Below are positions 28,611 to 38,012 of a stretch of DNA of 64,000 bases, piece by piece; within the stretch, counting starts at the first letter, position 1, and every line of letters starts with the position of its first letter. Location: the NCBI GenBank assembly GCA_963734115.1, contig CAVTFV010000006.1, positions 227,122-291,121 on the forward strand. The letters run 5' to 3'. The translations under genes were made by a program, and so were the position numbers. The DNA comes from an uncultured Acidobacteriota bacterium (GTDB lineage Bacteria > Actinomycetota > Acidimicrobiia > Spongiisociales > ZC4RG35). The notes under the pieces were generated by a model. The model was not told the DNA's origin and made no database searches. It saw only the letters and a program-made list of their open reading frames with translations.

Positions 28611-28805
28611 CTAGGCACCCATCGGCTCCTCGGCCTCACAGTGTGGGCCGAAGACGAGCTCGATGATCTCCGCTTCGGACTCGGGGATCACCGGGCGTTG
28701 CCCCGGCTCGGGAGGTGCGTACCGCCACCAAAACTTGCGTAGCGATGTCTGTCGGCGCTCTTCGTCGAGGTGCCTGATCATCTCGAATCCTGTGCTGGTG
28801 AACAT
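28611..28805 (-). CDS. Small hypothetical protein (64 aa) immediately upstream of the GNAT gene
   Basis: ORF only. No recognisable motif. Confidence 0.25.
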   Translation of the reverse strand: MFTSTGFEMIRHLDEERRQTSLRKFWWRYAPPEPGQRPVIPESEAEIIELVFGPHCEAEEPMGA

Positions 28806-28889
28806 CCGACTTCCTTCCGACGACTACGGTCAACCGTATGTCATGATGCGGACAGGAACTGTCCGCATAACCAGAAAGAATCAGAACCC

Positions 28890-29843
28890 ATGGACAGCGC
28901 CGAACGTCTGCTCAAGCTCCTTGCCCTGCTCGAGGGACGTATCGACTGGACCGCCGACGAGCTGGCGAACCGTCTCGCGGTGACCCCGAGGACGGTGCGT
29001 CGTGACATCACCCGCCTCCGCAGCCTCGGCTACCCGGTGGAGGCTGTGGCCGGCCCCGGCGGCGGGTACCGGCTCGGAGCCGGGGGCAAGCTCCCCCCTT
29101 TGCTCCTCGACGACGAGGAGGCCCTGGCGGTGGCCCTGGGGCTCCGAGTGGCGACGGCGACGGCTGTAGGCGGTCTGGAAGTGGCGTCGCTATCTGCCCT
29201 GTCGAAGTTGGAGCACGTCCTTCCCCCGAGACTCCGTACCCAACTGGAGGACATCTCCGAGGCCACGGTGTCGACCGTGAGCACATCCGCATACTCCGTC
29301 GATCACGGGTCGCTCGCGGTGGCTGCATCGGCGGCACGCACCCGACAGAGGATGCGCTTCGGATACGTCGACAACCAAGGCCAAGTCTCTGAGAGACACA
29401 CCGAGCCGCTCCGGCTCGTTCACACCGGACGTCGGTGGTACCTGGTTGCCTTCGATCTCGATCGCGACGACTGGCGCACCTTCCGATTGGATCGTCTCTC
29501 CGAGCCCTGGGTGACAGGGATGCGATCCACTCGTAGGCCCGAACCGGACCCGGTCGAATTCGTCCAGCGGGGAGTCGCGATCGAGGCTTACGCTCAGCGC
29601 GCCGAGGTCAGGCTGGCGGCCTCGATGGACCACGTCGCCCACATGATCCCGGCCACCGTCGGCGCTCTGGAGGCACTGGACGCCGACACCACCCGTCTCG
29701 TCATCGGTGCCGATGACATGAGCTGGCTGGCGCGTTACCTGCTCAGCCTGCCCTGGGAGTTCGAGGTGGAATCACCCGAGGAGCTGAGCAAAGAACTGCG
29801 GAAGATCGGGCGTCGGCTTCTAGCCGCCCGTCACTCCTCCTGA
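28890..29843 (+). CDS. WYL-domain transcriptional regulator (N-terminal HTH + WYL ligand-binding domain, YafY-like)
   Basis: HTH (LLKLLALLEGRIDWTADELANRLAVTPRTVRRDITRL...GYPVEA) and WYL domain (RMRFGYVDNQGQVSERHTEPLRLVHTGRRWYLVAFD). Confidence 0.8.
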   Translation: MDSAERLLKLLALLEGRIDWTADELANRLAVTPRTVRRDITRLRSLGYPVEAVAGPGGGYRLGAGGKLPPLLLDDEEALAVALGLRVATATAVGGLEVASLSALSKLEHVLPPRLRTQLEDISEATVSTVSTSAYSVDHGSLAVAASAARTRQRMRFGYVDNQGQVSERHTEPLRLVHTGRRWYLVAFDLDRDDWRTFRLDRLSEPWVTGMRSTRRPEPDPVEFVQRGVAIEAYAQRAEVRLAASMDHVAHMIPATVGALEALDADTTRLVIGADDMSWLARYLLSLPWEFEVESPEELSKELRKIGRRLLAARHSS

Positions 29844-30940
29844 TCTTCCTCGTACTCGGGGTCCAGGTCCTCGGTGGCGGTCCCTGTCTCCGACACGATC
29901 CTGAGGGCGTCCTGCGGGAACTGGAGTGCGACCTTGTCGGGCCAGTCCCAGGCGAATGACCCACCCTGATTGGGGATGGTCACCTGGACCGTCCCCACCT
30001 CCTCGACGGTGACCAGGACATTGAGGAGTGGCCCGGCGAACACGACCCTCTCGATCTCACCCACCAGGATGTTCTCGCCGCCGAAGTCGGGGGCGTGGAT
30101 CCCAACACGCTCCGGGCGGATGCTCACGGTTACCTCTCCGGTCGCTCCGTCCCGGTCGACGCAGCCCAGCTCTCTGCCGCCCAGCCGGATTCGACCCGGG
30201 CCGACCGCCTCGGCATACATCAGGTTGGAGACACCGAGGAAGTCGGCGATATAGCTGGACCGAGGGGCCTCGTAGATCTCCGACGGCGTGCCCATCTGCT
30301 CGATCGTGCCCTCGGTCATGACTGCGATGCGGTCTGACATCGTCAGGGCCTCTTCCTGATCGTGAGTGACATAGATGAACGTGATCTCCAGATCCTCCTG
30401 GAGACGCTTCAGCTCGACCTGGAGCGCCTTGCGCAACTTGGCATCGAGGGCGCCCAGCGGCTCATCCAACAGCAGCACGGAGGGGTTCAACACGAGGGAC
30501 CGGGCCAGCGCGACGCGTTGCTGCTGGCCGCCGGACAGCTGGGTGGGCTTCCGGGACTCCATGCCGGTGAGACGCACCTTCTCGAGGGCGTCGGCCACCC
30601 GCCCCTGCTGCTCCGACTTGGGCACGTCCCTGTAACGAAGCCCGAAGGCGACGTTCGAGGCCACATCCATGTGCGGGAACAGGGCGTAGCTCTGGAACAC
30701 CGTGTTCACCGGCCGCTTGTGAGGAGGGGTCCCTGCCTGATCGGTCCCGTCGATGAGGATGGCGCCGCTGTCCGGCCGCTCGAACCCAGCAATCAGACGC
30801 AGCGTCGTGGTCTTGCCGCAGCCGGACGGCCCGAGCAGGGAAAAGAACTCGCCGTCCTCGATCCGGAGATTGATGTGATCGACCGCCGGGTTCTCCCCGA
30901 AGTACTTGGCCAGATCGACCAGTTCGACGACGCCGCTCAT
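29831..30940 (-). CDS. ABC transporter ATP-binding protein (PotA/PotG-like, with C-terminal TOBE domain)
   Basis: Walker A GPSGCGKTT, signature LSGGQQQRVALAR, Walker B LLLDEP. Confidence 0.9.
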   Translation of the reverse strand: MSGVVELVDLAKYFGENPAVDHINLRIEDGEFFSLLGPSGCGKTTTLRLIAGFERPDSGAILIDGTDQAGTPPHKRPVNTVFQSYALFPHMDVASNVAFGLRYRDVPKSEQQGRVADALEKVRLTGMESRKPTQLSGGQQQRVALARSLVLNPSVLLLDEPLGALDAKLRKALQVELKRLQEDLEITFIYVTHDQEEALTMSDRIAVMTEGTIEQMGTPSEIYEAPRSSYIADFLGVSNLMYAEAVGPGRIRLGGRELGCVDRDGATGEVTVSIRPERVGIHAPDFGGENILVGEIERVVFAGPLLNVLVTVEEVGTVQVTIPNQGGSFAWDWPDKVALQFPQDALRIVSETGTATEDLDPEYEEDQEE

Positions 30941-30964
30941 GAGTCGGGCGAGTCTACGGTCGGC

Positions 30965-32329
30965 TCATCCGCTGATGACGGCCGCAAAGCCGTCGAGGGT
31001 CTCCAGGTAACGGTCGATGTCCTCGACCGTGTGCTGGACCGAGATCAGCCACTGCTCACCCTTGCCCCACGGGGGCAGGAACACGCCGCGGTTGTACTGA
31101 TACAACCAGGCGGCTTGGGCGTAGCGGCCGTCGACGGCGAGGAAGTCGCGATAGGTGCGCATCGGCTCGGCGCAGTAGATGACACTGCCCTTGGCCCCGG
31201 CGGTCGCCACATGGGCAGTCAGGCCGTGCCGACCGACCACCTCGTTGGCGCCCTTCTCCATTCGGCTCTGGATCTGATCGAGATGTTCGTAGGTCTCTTC
31301 GACCATGACCTCGGTGAGCATCGCTTTGGCGGCGGCCATCGAGAGGGGGTTGCCGTTGAACGTGCCGACCTGCTCGTAGGTCCCGTCCACGATGTGGCTC
31401 ATCACCTCGTCGGTTCCACCGATTGCCGAGATGGGAAGACCCCCACCGAGGGCTTTGGCCAGACAGACGATGTCGGGCTGGACGCCAAAACGCCGGGTGG
31501 CTCCTCCCTTGCCCACTGTGAGACCCGTCTTGACCTCGTCGAAGGTCAGGATGGCATCGTGTTTCCGGGTCAGGTCACGGAGACCCTGGAGGAATCCGGG
31601 CTGAGGAAGCAAGATTCCGCAGTTCTGCAGGATCGGCTCGACGATTACCCCGGCGATCGTGCCCTCGTTTGCCTCGAAGAGCTGGCTCACCACGCCGAGA
31701 TCATTGAACGGCGCCACCAGGGCGAGATCGACGATCGCCTGGGGGATGCCACCACCCGCAGCAACGCTCTTCGGATGTGAGGCCGAACCGAGCCCGTCCT
31801 CGTTCCACACCGAGACCATCACGGAGTCGTGATGACCGTGGTAGCCACCCTCGAACTTGATGATCAGGTCCCGCCCGGTGATAGCCCGCATGAGATGGAC
31901 CGCGTCCATGGTCGATTCGGTGCCCGAGTTGCCAAACCGCCACATCGTCATCCCGTATCTCCGTGTGAGCTCCTCGGCGACGAGGATCGCGTCCGCCGTT
32001 GGTTGGGCGAAGTGCGTCCCTTTACGGACGCGCTCCGTGACAGCCGCAACCACGGCCGGATGGGCGTGTCCGGCGAGCATGGCGCCATAACCCCCGTGCA
32101 GGTCGACGTACTCGTTGCCATCCACGTCCCAAACCCTGGATCCCAGACCGCGATCGATCCATATCGGCTGCGGGTCCGAGATCTGCCAGCTAGAGGTGAC
32201 GCCCCCGGCCAATGAGCGGCCGGCACGGTCTCCCATCTCGGTCGCCTGCGGCGCCCGATCCAGAAAACTCCGCCGCTCTGTTGCGATCAAGTCATCGAGA
32301 GCCGAGACTTCCGCGTCCACGGAGGACAT
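30965..32329 (-). CDS. Class III (omega) aminotransferase, PLP-dependent (putrescine/GABA-aminotransferase-like)
   Basis: PLP-lysine region TFDEVKTGLTVGKGG. Fold-type I class III motifs. Start at the internal ATG 32329 (MSSVDAEV...). Confidence 0.85.
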   Translation of the reverse strand: MSSVDAEVSALDDLIATERRSFLDRAPQATEMGDRAGRSLAGGVTSSWQISDPQPIWIDRGLGSRVWDVDGNEYVDLHGGYGAMLAGHAHPAVVAAVTERVRKGTHFAQPTADAILVAEELTRRYGMTMWRFGNSGTESTMDAVHLMRAITGRDLIIKFEGGYHGHHDSVMVSVWNEDGLGSASHPKSVAAGGGIPQAIVDLALVAPFNDLGVVSQLFEANEGTIAGVIVEPILQNCGILLPQPGFLQGLRDLTRKHDAILTFDEVKTGLTVGKGGATRRFGVQPDIVCLAKALGGGLPISAIGGTDEVMSHIVDGTYEQVGTFNGNPLSMAAAKAMLTEVMVEETYEHLDQIQSRMEKGANEVVGRHGLTAHVATAGAKGSVIYCAEPMRTYRDFLAVDGRYAQAAWLYQYNRGVFLPPWGKGEQWLISVQHTVEDIDRYLETLDGFAAVISG

Positions 32330-32351
32330 GAGCCACCTTCCTTTCGGTATC

Positions 32352-32367
32352 CTGACTCGCTGTTCAG
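32352..32367. promoter_or_regulatory. Operator-motif variant CCTGA-CTCGCT-GTTCAGG in the divergent region between the aminotransferase and Rieske oxygenase 1
   Basis: Right half-site identical to the other sites. Left half-site lacks one A (CTGAC vs CTGAAC). Confidence 0.3.
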
Positions 32368-32405
32368 GATACACTGAGACCACCACGGCGGCAGGAGAGA
32401 TCGGG

Positions 32406-33782
32406 ATGAATCCGGCACCGGTTGACCCGGAACAGATCAGCAGGGTCCTCGATCCATTCGGTTCGAGCCTCACCTTCCCTGCCGAGGTCTATCTCTCGGA
32501 GGACGTCCTGGCCTGGGAACGACAGCACCTCTGGCAGTCGACGTGGAACTGCGTGGGGCGTCTCGACGAGCTCGTTACCCCTGGTCAGCTTCGTGCCATC
32601 GATGTCGGCGGCGAGGGCGTCCTTCTCAGCAGGGATGCGGATGGAGCCTTGCGCGCCTTCTCCAATGTGTGTCGTCATCGGGGTCACGAGCTGGCGCCGA
32701 TCGGTGATGCCTTCGACGCCCGCCAGATCCGCTGCCCGTATCACAGCTGGTCGTATCGATTCGATGGGAGTCTCCGCACCGCTCCCCGCTTCACCCAGAG
32801 CGACGACTTCGACACATCCGAGTACCCGTTGGCCGATCTCGGGGTTGCCGTGTATGGGGGATGGGTGTGGATCGATCTCTCGGGGACGGCTCCCGCCATC
32901 GAGGACCATTTCGGGAATCTCGCCGACATCATTGCTCCGTACGAGACCGATCGGCTGATCACGGCGGCAACTCATTCCTACGTCGTCGACGCCAACTGGA
33001 AGACCATCATCGAGAACTACAACGAGTGCTACCACTGCTCCTCGATCCATCCGGAGTTGTGCGAAGTGACGCCCCCCGACAGCGGGTATGACCACATCCC
33101 CACCGGGATGTGGTGCGGGGGGACGATGGATCTCAAGTCGCACGCGGTCACGATGTCCCTCGACGGCTCGTCGAAAGGGATCAACTTCAGAAACCTGACC
33201 GGAAAGCTCGATCGGCAGGTGTGGTACCTGACCGTGATCCCGAACCTTCTTCTCTCGATTCATCCCGACTACGTCATGACCCATCGCCTCACCCCAGTCG
33301 GGATCGACCAGACCCACATCGAATGCTCCTGGCTGTTCCCGCCCGAGGCATTCGAGCTCGAGGGTTTCGACCCGGCCTACGCCGTCGACTTCTGGGACAT
33401 CACCAATCATGAGGACTGGGCCGCCTGCGAGTCGGTTATGCGGGGGGTCAAGAACCGGGGGTTCCGGCCCGGCCCGCTGTCGGGTTGGGAGGGCACCGTC
33501 TACCAATTCCTCAACATCATGTCCCACGCCTACCTCGGTCGAAGGCCTAGTCGTCCCCACGGTGCCCACCCGGGAGATTGCGGGAAACCGTTACCTGAGG
33601 TACCTGGGCCCGTATTTGGGCCTATGGGGACGGAGAAGAGCGCCACCACACCTCCCAGCTTTGATATGTTCGGCGAATGGCCGAGATCAAGACTCAGAAG
33701 AACGACGACAGCGTGGAAGACTTCATCGCCGGGATCGAGGACGATCGGAAGCGGGAGGACTCGAAGGCTCTCCTCGGCATGA
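32406..33782 (+). CDS. Rieske [2Fe-2S] ring-hydroxylating/demethylating oxygenase alpha subunit (GbcA/CntA/Stc2-like). The 3-prime ~70 codons look like read-through, so the true end is probably near 33560
   Basis: Rieske motif CRHRGHEL...CPYHSW. Mononuclear iron site ENYNECYHCSSIHPEL. The tail is P/R/S/T low-complexity and overlaps the next gene. Confidence 0.7.
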   Translation: MNPAPVDPEQISRVLDPFGSSLTFPAEVYLSEDVLAWERQHLWQSTWNCVGRLDELVTPGQLRAIDVGGEGVLLSRDADGALRAFSNVCRHRGHELAPIGDAFDARQIRCPYHSWSYRFDGSLRTAPRFTQSDDFDTSEYPLADLGVAVYGGWVWIDLSGTAPAIEDHFGNLADIIAPYETDRLITAATHSYVVDANWKTIIENYNECYHCSSIHPELCEVTPPDSGYDHIPTGMWCGGTMDLKSHAVTMSLDGSSKGINFRNLTGKLDRQVWYLTVIPNLLLSIHPDYVMTHRLTPVGIDQTHIECSWLFPPEAFELEGFDPAYAVDFWDITNHEDWAACESVMRGVKNRGFRPGPLSGWEGTVYQFLNIMSHAYLGRRPSRPHGAHPGDCGKPLPEVPGPVFGPMGTEKSATTPPSFDMFGEWPRSRLRRTTTAWKTSSPGSRTIGSGRTRRLSSA

Positions 33783-34081
33783 TGCAGAGGGTGACCGGGG
33801 AAAAGCCGAAAATGTGGGGCCCGAGCATCGTCGGGTTCGGGGATCATCACTACAAGTACGAAACCGGCCGCGAAGGCGATTGGTTCAAGATCGGCTTCTC
33901 TCCCCGTAAGCAGAACCTGACCGTCTATGTGAGGGCTACATCCCGGCGGACGATCCCCTGTTCACCAAGCTTGGGAAATTCACGCACCGGCAAGGCGTGC
34001 CTCTACATCAAGCGGCTCGAGGACGTCGACGCTGGGATTCTTGAGAAGGTGGTGAAACGGGCGCACGACAACGTCGGCTGA
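33677..34081 (+). CDS. DUF1801 (YdhG-like) family protein, with a compensating frameshift pair (about 33925 and about 33985)
   Basis: MWGPSIVGFGDHHYKYETGREGDWFKIGFSPRKQNLTVYV, then EGYIPADDPLFTKLGKFTHRQG in another frame, then KACLYIKRLEDVDAGILEKVV back in the original frame. Confidence 0.5.
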   Translation: MAEIKTQKNDDSVEDFIAGIEDDRKREDSKALLGMMQRVTGEKPKMWGPSIVGFGDHHYKYETGREGDWFKIGFSPRKQNLTVYVRATSRRTIPCSPSLGNSRTGKACLYIKRLEDVDAGILEKVVKRAHDNVG

Positions 34082-34085
34082 GGTC

Positions 34086-35258
34086 TCACCCGGTTAGCGG
34101 TCGCACCCCTCGTTTCCTCAGCTGGGCGGCGATGATGAGGCGTTGGATCTCGGAGGTGCCCTCCCAGATGCGGTCGACACGAAGCTCCCTGAAGAAGCGC
34201 TCCGCCACGTTCTCCCGCATGAACCCCCGACCCCCGAATATCTGCACCGCCCGGTCGGCGACCCGGTTGGCCATCTCCGACGCATAGAGCTTGGCCATGG
34301 AGCACTGGGCGTGCTGCACCTTGAGATCGGCGCCCTCGTCGATTGCCCGCGCCGTCTCGTAGGTCATGAGCCGCGCCGCCCACAACTCGGTGAGCGAGTC
34401 GGCCAGCATGAACTGAATCGCCTGGTAGTCGGCGATAGGTGCGCCGTACGCCTCCCGCTCCTCGGCAAACGCGGTTGCCTCCTCGATCAGACGCTCAGCA
34501 GCGCCGCAACATCGGGCAGCGATCATCAGCCGCTCATATCGGAACCAGGCGTGGGAGAAGCTCATCCCGTCGCCCTCGCTCCCCACCAGGTTCTCCGCCG
34601 GGACCCTGACATCGGTGAACTTCATCTCCCAGTGATGGTGGCTGTAGGTATGCGAGTACTCAGGCACCCGGACGCACTCCACCCCCGGCGTGTCCATATC
34701 GACGAAGAACAGGACGTGCCGGCCGGCGTTGGGGCCGTCGGTCAGCTTTGCCTGGAAGAACACATAGGCGGCGAGATTGGCCGAGGTGACGTGCCACTTC
34801 ACCCCGTCGAGCACGTACTCCTCACCATCGCGGCGGGCAGTGGCCTCGATCCCATCGACGTCGGACCCGGCCCCCTCCTCGGTGATGGCATAGCACTCGT
34901 GGATGTCGCCATCGACAGTGGGCCGAATCCAGGTCTGGATCTGGTGGTCGGTGGCGACGTCCTCGATCCACGACGGCCCGGTTGACACCACCCAGCCGAG
35001 CGCATTGGTCACCCTCCCGGTCTGCTCCTGGATCAAGACCTGAGCCAGCATGCTGTATCCGGGGCCGCCGAGTCTCTCTGACATGTTGATCGAGGTGAGG
35101 GCCAGCTCGCGTGCCCGCTCCTTGTGCTCCTTCAGCACGTTCTCGGGGATCTCGCCCCGATTCATCTCCGCCTCCACCTCCCAGGGAATCAGCTCGTCGA
35201 CGAAGGCTCGAGCCCGTTCCTGGAGTGCGCGTTCGGCAGTGGTGAGTGAGATGCTCAT
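34086..35258 (-). CDS. Acyl-CoA dehydrogenase family protein (390 aa)
   Basis: ACAD motifs (CYAITEEGAGSDV; QIFGGRGFMRENVAERFFRELRVDRIWEGTSEIQ). ATG overlaps the upstream ALDH stop (ATGA). Confidence 0.85.
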   Translation of the reverse strand: MSISLTTAERALQERARAFVDELIPWEVEAEMNRGEIPENVLKEHKERARELALTSINMSERLGGPGYSMLAQVLIQEQTGRVTNALGWVVSTGPSWIEDVATDHQIQTWIRPTVDGDIHECYAITEEGAGSDVDGIEATARRDGEEYVLDGVKWHVTSANLAAYVFFQAKLTDGPNAGRHVLFFVDMDTPGVECVRVPEYSHTYSHHHWEMKFTDVRVPAENLVGSEGDGMSFSHAWFRYERLMIAARCCGAAERLIEEATAFAEEREAYGAPIADYQAIQFMLADSLTELWAARLMTYETARAIDEGADLKVQHAQCSMAKLYASEMANRVADRAVQIFGGRGFMRENVAERFFRELRVDRIWEGTSEIQRLIIAAQLRKRGVRPLTG

Positions 35259-36706
35259 CCCAGATTGAGGTAGATCTGCTTCTCTTCGAGATAGGACTCG
35301 ATGCCCCAGGGACCGAGCTCGCGGCCCACACCCGAGGTCTTGTACCCGCCCCAGATCGATTCGGTCGGCGCCGGTTGGCTGTCGTTCACCCAGACGACCC
35401 CGGCCTTGATGCCCCGGGCCACCTTCATCGCACGCTTGACGTCCGTGGTCCATACCGCAGCCGCCAGGCCGTAGGTCGTGTCGTTGGCGATCCGGATGGC
35501 GTCGTCCTCGTCAGAGAACGGGATGACCGCCATCACCGGCCCGAAGATCTCCTCCCGGGCGATAAGAGCGGAATTGTCGACATCGGTGAAGATCGTCGGC
35601 GGGACGAAGTACCCACCGGCCAGCCCGGGATCCGAGGGCACGGCACCTTCATAGGCAACCGCCGCCGACTCCCGACCCGAGCCCACGTAGGAGAGCACCT
35701 TTTCCTTGTGCTCCGAGGAGATCAGCGGGCCCATGGTCGTCTCCGAGTCGAGACCACTCCCCACCTTGATCCGGGCAGCCTCGTCGATCATCGAAGAGAC
35801 AGCGTCGTCGTAGATGGCCTTCTCGACGAGAACGCGGCTTCCCGCAGAGCAGACCTCGCCGCTGTTGGCGAAGATCCCGGCGCAGGTCCCATCGATGGCG
35901 GATTCGAAATCGGCGTCGGCGAAGATCAGGTTGGGCGACTTGCCGCCGAGCTCGAGGGTCACTCGCTTCAGGGTCTCGGACGCCTCCCTGGAGATGATCT
36001 TCCCCACCTCCACCGAGCCGGTGAAGGAGACCTTGTCGACACCGGGGTGGGCGACGAGCGGCGCACCGGCCTCGGGGCCGAATCCGGTGAGGAGGTTGAA
36101 CACACCGGGTGGGGCGCCGGCCTCATCGAGGATTCGAGCGAGTTCGATGGCGGTGAGCGGAGTCTGCTCGGCCGGCTTGAGGATCGTGGTGCAGCCAGCA
36201 GCGAGCGCCGGCGCGATCTTCTGGCTGGCCATCAAGATCGGGTAGTTCCAGGGCGTGATCAGGGCGGCGACGCCAACCGGCTCCTTGATCACCAGACTCA
36301 TCGCATCGGGCCCGACGGGCGGGATGGAGCCCATCACCTTGGTCGCCCACCCGGCGTAGTACTCGAACATGTAGGCGGCCTCGTCGACGTCCCAGATGGC
36401 GTCGCCAAGGGGCTTGCCATTGTCCAGGGTCTCGAGCTCGGCGAGCCGGTCCCGGTCGTTTCGGATGATCTCGGCTACCCGGAAGAGGAGGGCGGCCCGG
36501 TCGCGTGGCGCCGACAGCGCTCCCCAGGTTCCGTCATCGAAGGCGCGGCGGGCGGCAGCGACGGCGATATTGGCGTCCTCGGGCCCCGCCGACGCGATCT
36601 GCTCCAACACTTCTCCGGTGGCCGGGTTGAAAGTCTCGAAGTGCTCACCGGAGCGCGGGTCTACCCATTTGCCGTCGATGTAGAGCTGTCTCACGCCTGC
36701 CTCCAT
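35255..36706 (-). CDS. Aldehyde dehydrogenase (betaine-aldehyde/aminobutyraldehyde dehydrogenase-like, 483 aa)
   Basis: ELGGKSPNLIFADAD. Catalytic Cys in ANSGEVCSAGSRVLV. Confidence 0.9.
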   Translation of the reverse strand: MEAGVRQLYIDGKWVDPRSGEHFETFNPATGEVLEQIASAGPEDANIAVAAARRAFDDGTWGALSAPRDRAALLFRVAEIIRNDRDRLAELETLDNGKPLGDAIWDVDEAAYMFEYYAGWATKVMGSIPPVGPDAMSLVIKEPVGVAALITPWNYPILMASQKIAPALAAGCTTILKPAEQTPLTAIELARILDEAGAPPGVFNLLTGFGPEAGAPLVAHPGVDKVSFTGSVEVGKIISREASETLKRVTLELGGKSPNLIFADADFESAIDGTCAGIFANSGEVCSAGSRVLVEKAIYDDAVSSMIDEAARIKVGSGLDSETTMGPLISSEHKEKVLSYVGSGRESAAVAYEGAVPSDPGLAGGYFVPPTIFTDVDNSALIAREEIFGPVMAVIPFSDEDDAIRIANDTTYGLAAAVWTTDVKRAMKVARGIKAGVVWVNDSQPAPTESIWGGYKTSGVGRELGPWGIESYLEEKQIYLNLG

Positions 36707-36742
36707 TGGGCGTACCGATGCCTTGCGACGGTAACACTACGG

Positions 36743-36758
36743 CTGAACCGCCGTTCAG
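36743..36758. promoter_or_regulatory. Palindromic operator candidate CTGAAC-CGCC-GTTCAG, 37 bp upstream of the aldH-acd operon start
   Basis: Perfect half-sites. Confidence 0.45.
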
Positions 36759-36794
36759 AAAACCAGGGACGAAGTGGCCAGTTCGGCAGCGAAG

Positions 36795-37997
36795 TCACCG
36801 CTGCGGATCGCCCCGTCGATGGTCCCGCTCCCGTTCACGTGCTCGCCAGCGAGAAACATCCTGCCCAACGGCCGAGCCAACGACGTCGAGCATCTCTCGC
36901 TGACCGGGCCCGATGAGGGAATAGCTGCCGCCTGACAATGGATCGGAGCTCCAGTCGGCGACCACGGGCGGACCGTCGATCATCGCCTCCGGTGCGGCGC
37001 GGGCGAGACGGAAAATCGTGTTTTCCCGAAGTGGCGAGACCCCCGCCTCCGACCCGGCAAAGCCGGTGACGGCACGACGCACCGAACCGGACGTCCCGAG
37101 CCCGGTCCAATACCAGGCGGGTATGTCCGTGTCCTGTCTGCGGAACATCGGCGGCGGGTCGGCCGTGGCGATGGCCACCTTGAGTCCCGATGCCCATGGT
37201 CAGCATCTTGATTACGTGAGCGACCTCGTCGGGCAACTCCGGTTCGAACGTCATTTGCTTCAACACGCCGAGGGGGACGGCGAGTACCAGAGCTGAGGCA
37301 GCGAAGTCCTCGTGAGGGGTCACGACGGCCACCTCGTCCGGCGTCTGGCGAATCGAGATCGCCTGGACACCGAGGCGCAGATCGAGACCCGGGGCGAGGG
37401 CGAAGGCGAGACGGTCGTTGCCGCCCTCGATCCGAACATATGTCCCCTCATCTCCTATCCCGAATTCCTCGCCGATCTCGGCGGCCGCAATCGACCTAAG
37501 CGGGGCGCCGGCGGTCCCCTGGAGACGAGATCGAAGGATGGACAGCGCCGGACTCGTGTCGCCAAGCCCGTCGAGAACCTCCTGTGCACTCATCGACAGC
37601 CAGCCTCTCCGACCCCAACTCCTCCATCCGATCGGCCAGGAGCCGGGCGAGACGCACATGCTCCTCATCGGCGATCGGTGGGCCACCTACCGGATCGCGA
37701 GAGATGAAGTCCATCCCGGTGTCGATGAGCCCGAGCCCGAGCTCGTGGGCGAGACCGATCACTGCGGTCTGCGACGTCGAGATCCACTCGCCCCCCAGCT
37801 CGACGATCTCGCCATTGTGCATTCTGTGCGACCAGAGACGACCGCCGACCCGTTGCCTCGGCCTCGAGAACCAGAACGTCGAGCCCTCGATCGGCCAGTC
37901 GCCGAGCCGCGACCAGGCCCGCCACCCCGGCGCCGACCACGATCACCTGACGAGGAGAGCTGCCATTCATAAGCGAAGCGAGGGTATGCCGGTCCAT
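36795..37997 (-). pseudogene. Flavin-containing amine oxidase (putrescine/monoamine oxidase family), fragmented by at least 4 frameshifts
   Basis: FAD dinucleotide-binding N-terminus QVIVVGAGVAGLVAARRLADRGLDVLVLEAE (ORF 37665..37997). MHNGEIVELGGEWI (ORF 37496..37822). Central and C-terminal amine-oxidase segments are in ORFs 36835..37686 and 36795..37178. Confidence 0.5.
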
Positions 37998-38012
37998 GGC
38001 TAGATTGCCGCC

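Noticed and set aside
28028-28805. Possible GNAT-toxin / small antitoxin (TacT/TacA-like) pair
   Set aside because: The 64-aa upstream ORF shows no RHH-like N-terminus or other antitoxin features. The GNAT looks like an ordinary acetyltransferase, so there is no positive evidence for a TA system.
30362-31780. 472-aa plus-strand ORF
   Set aside because: Antisense to the PotA-like and aminotransferase genes.
35246-36916. 556-aa plus-strand ORF
   Set aside because: Antisense to the intact aldehyde dehydrogenase 35255..36706.
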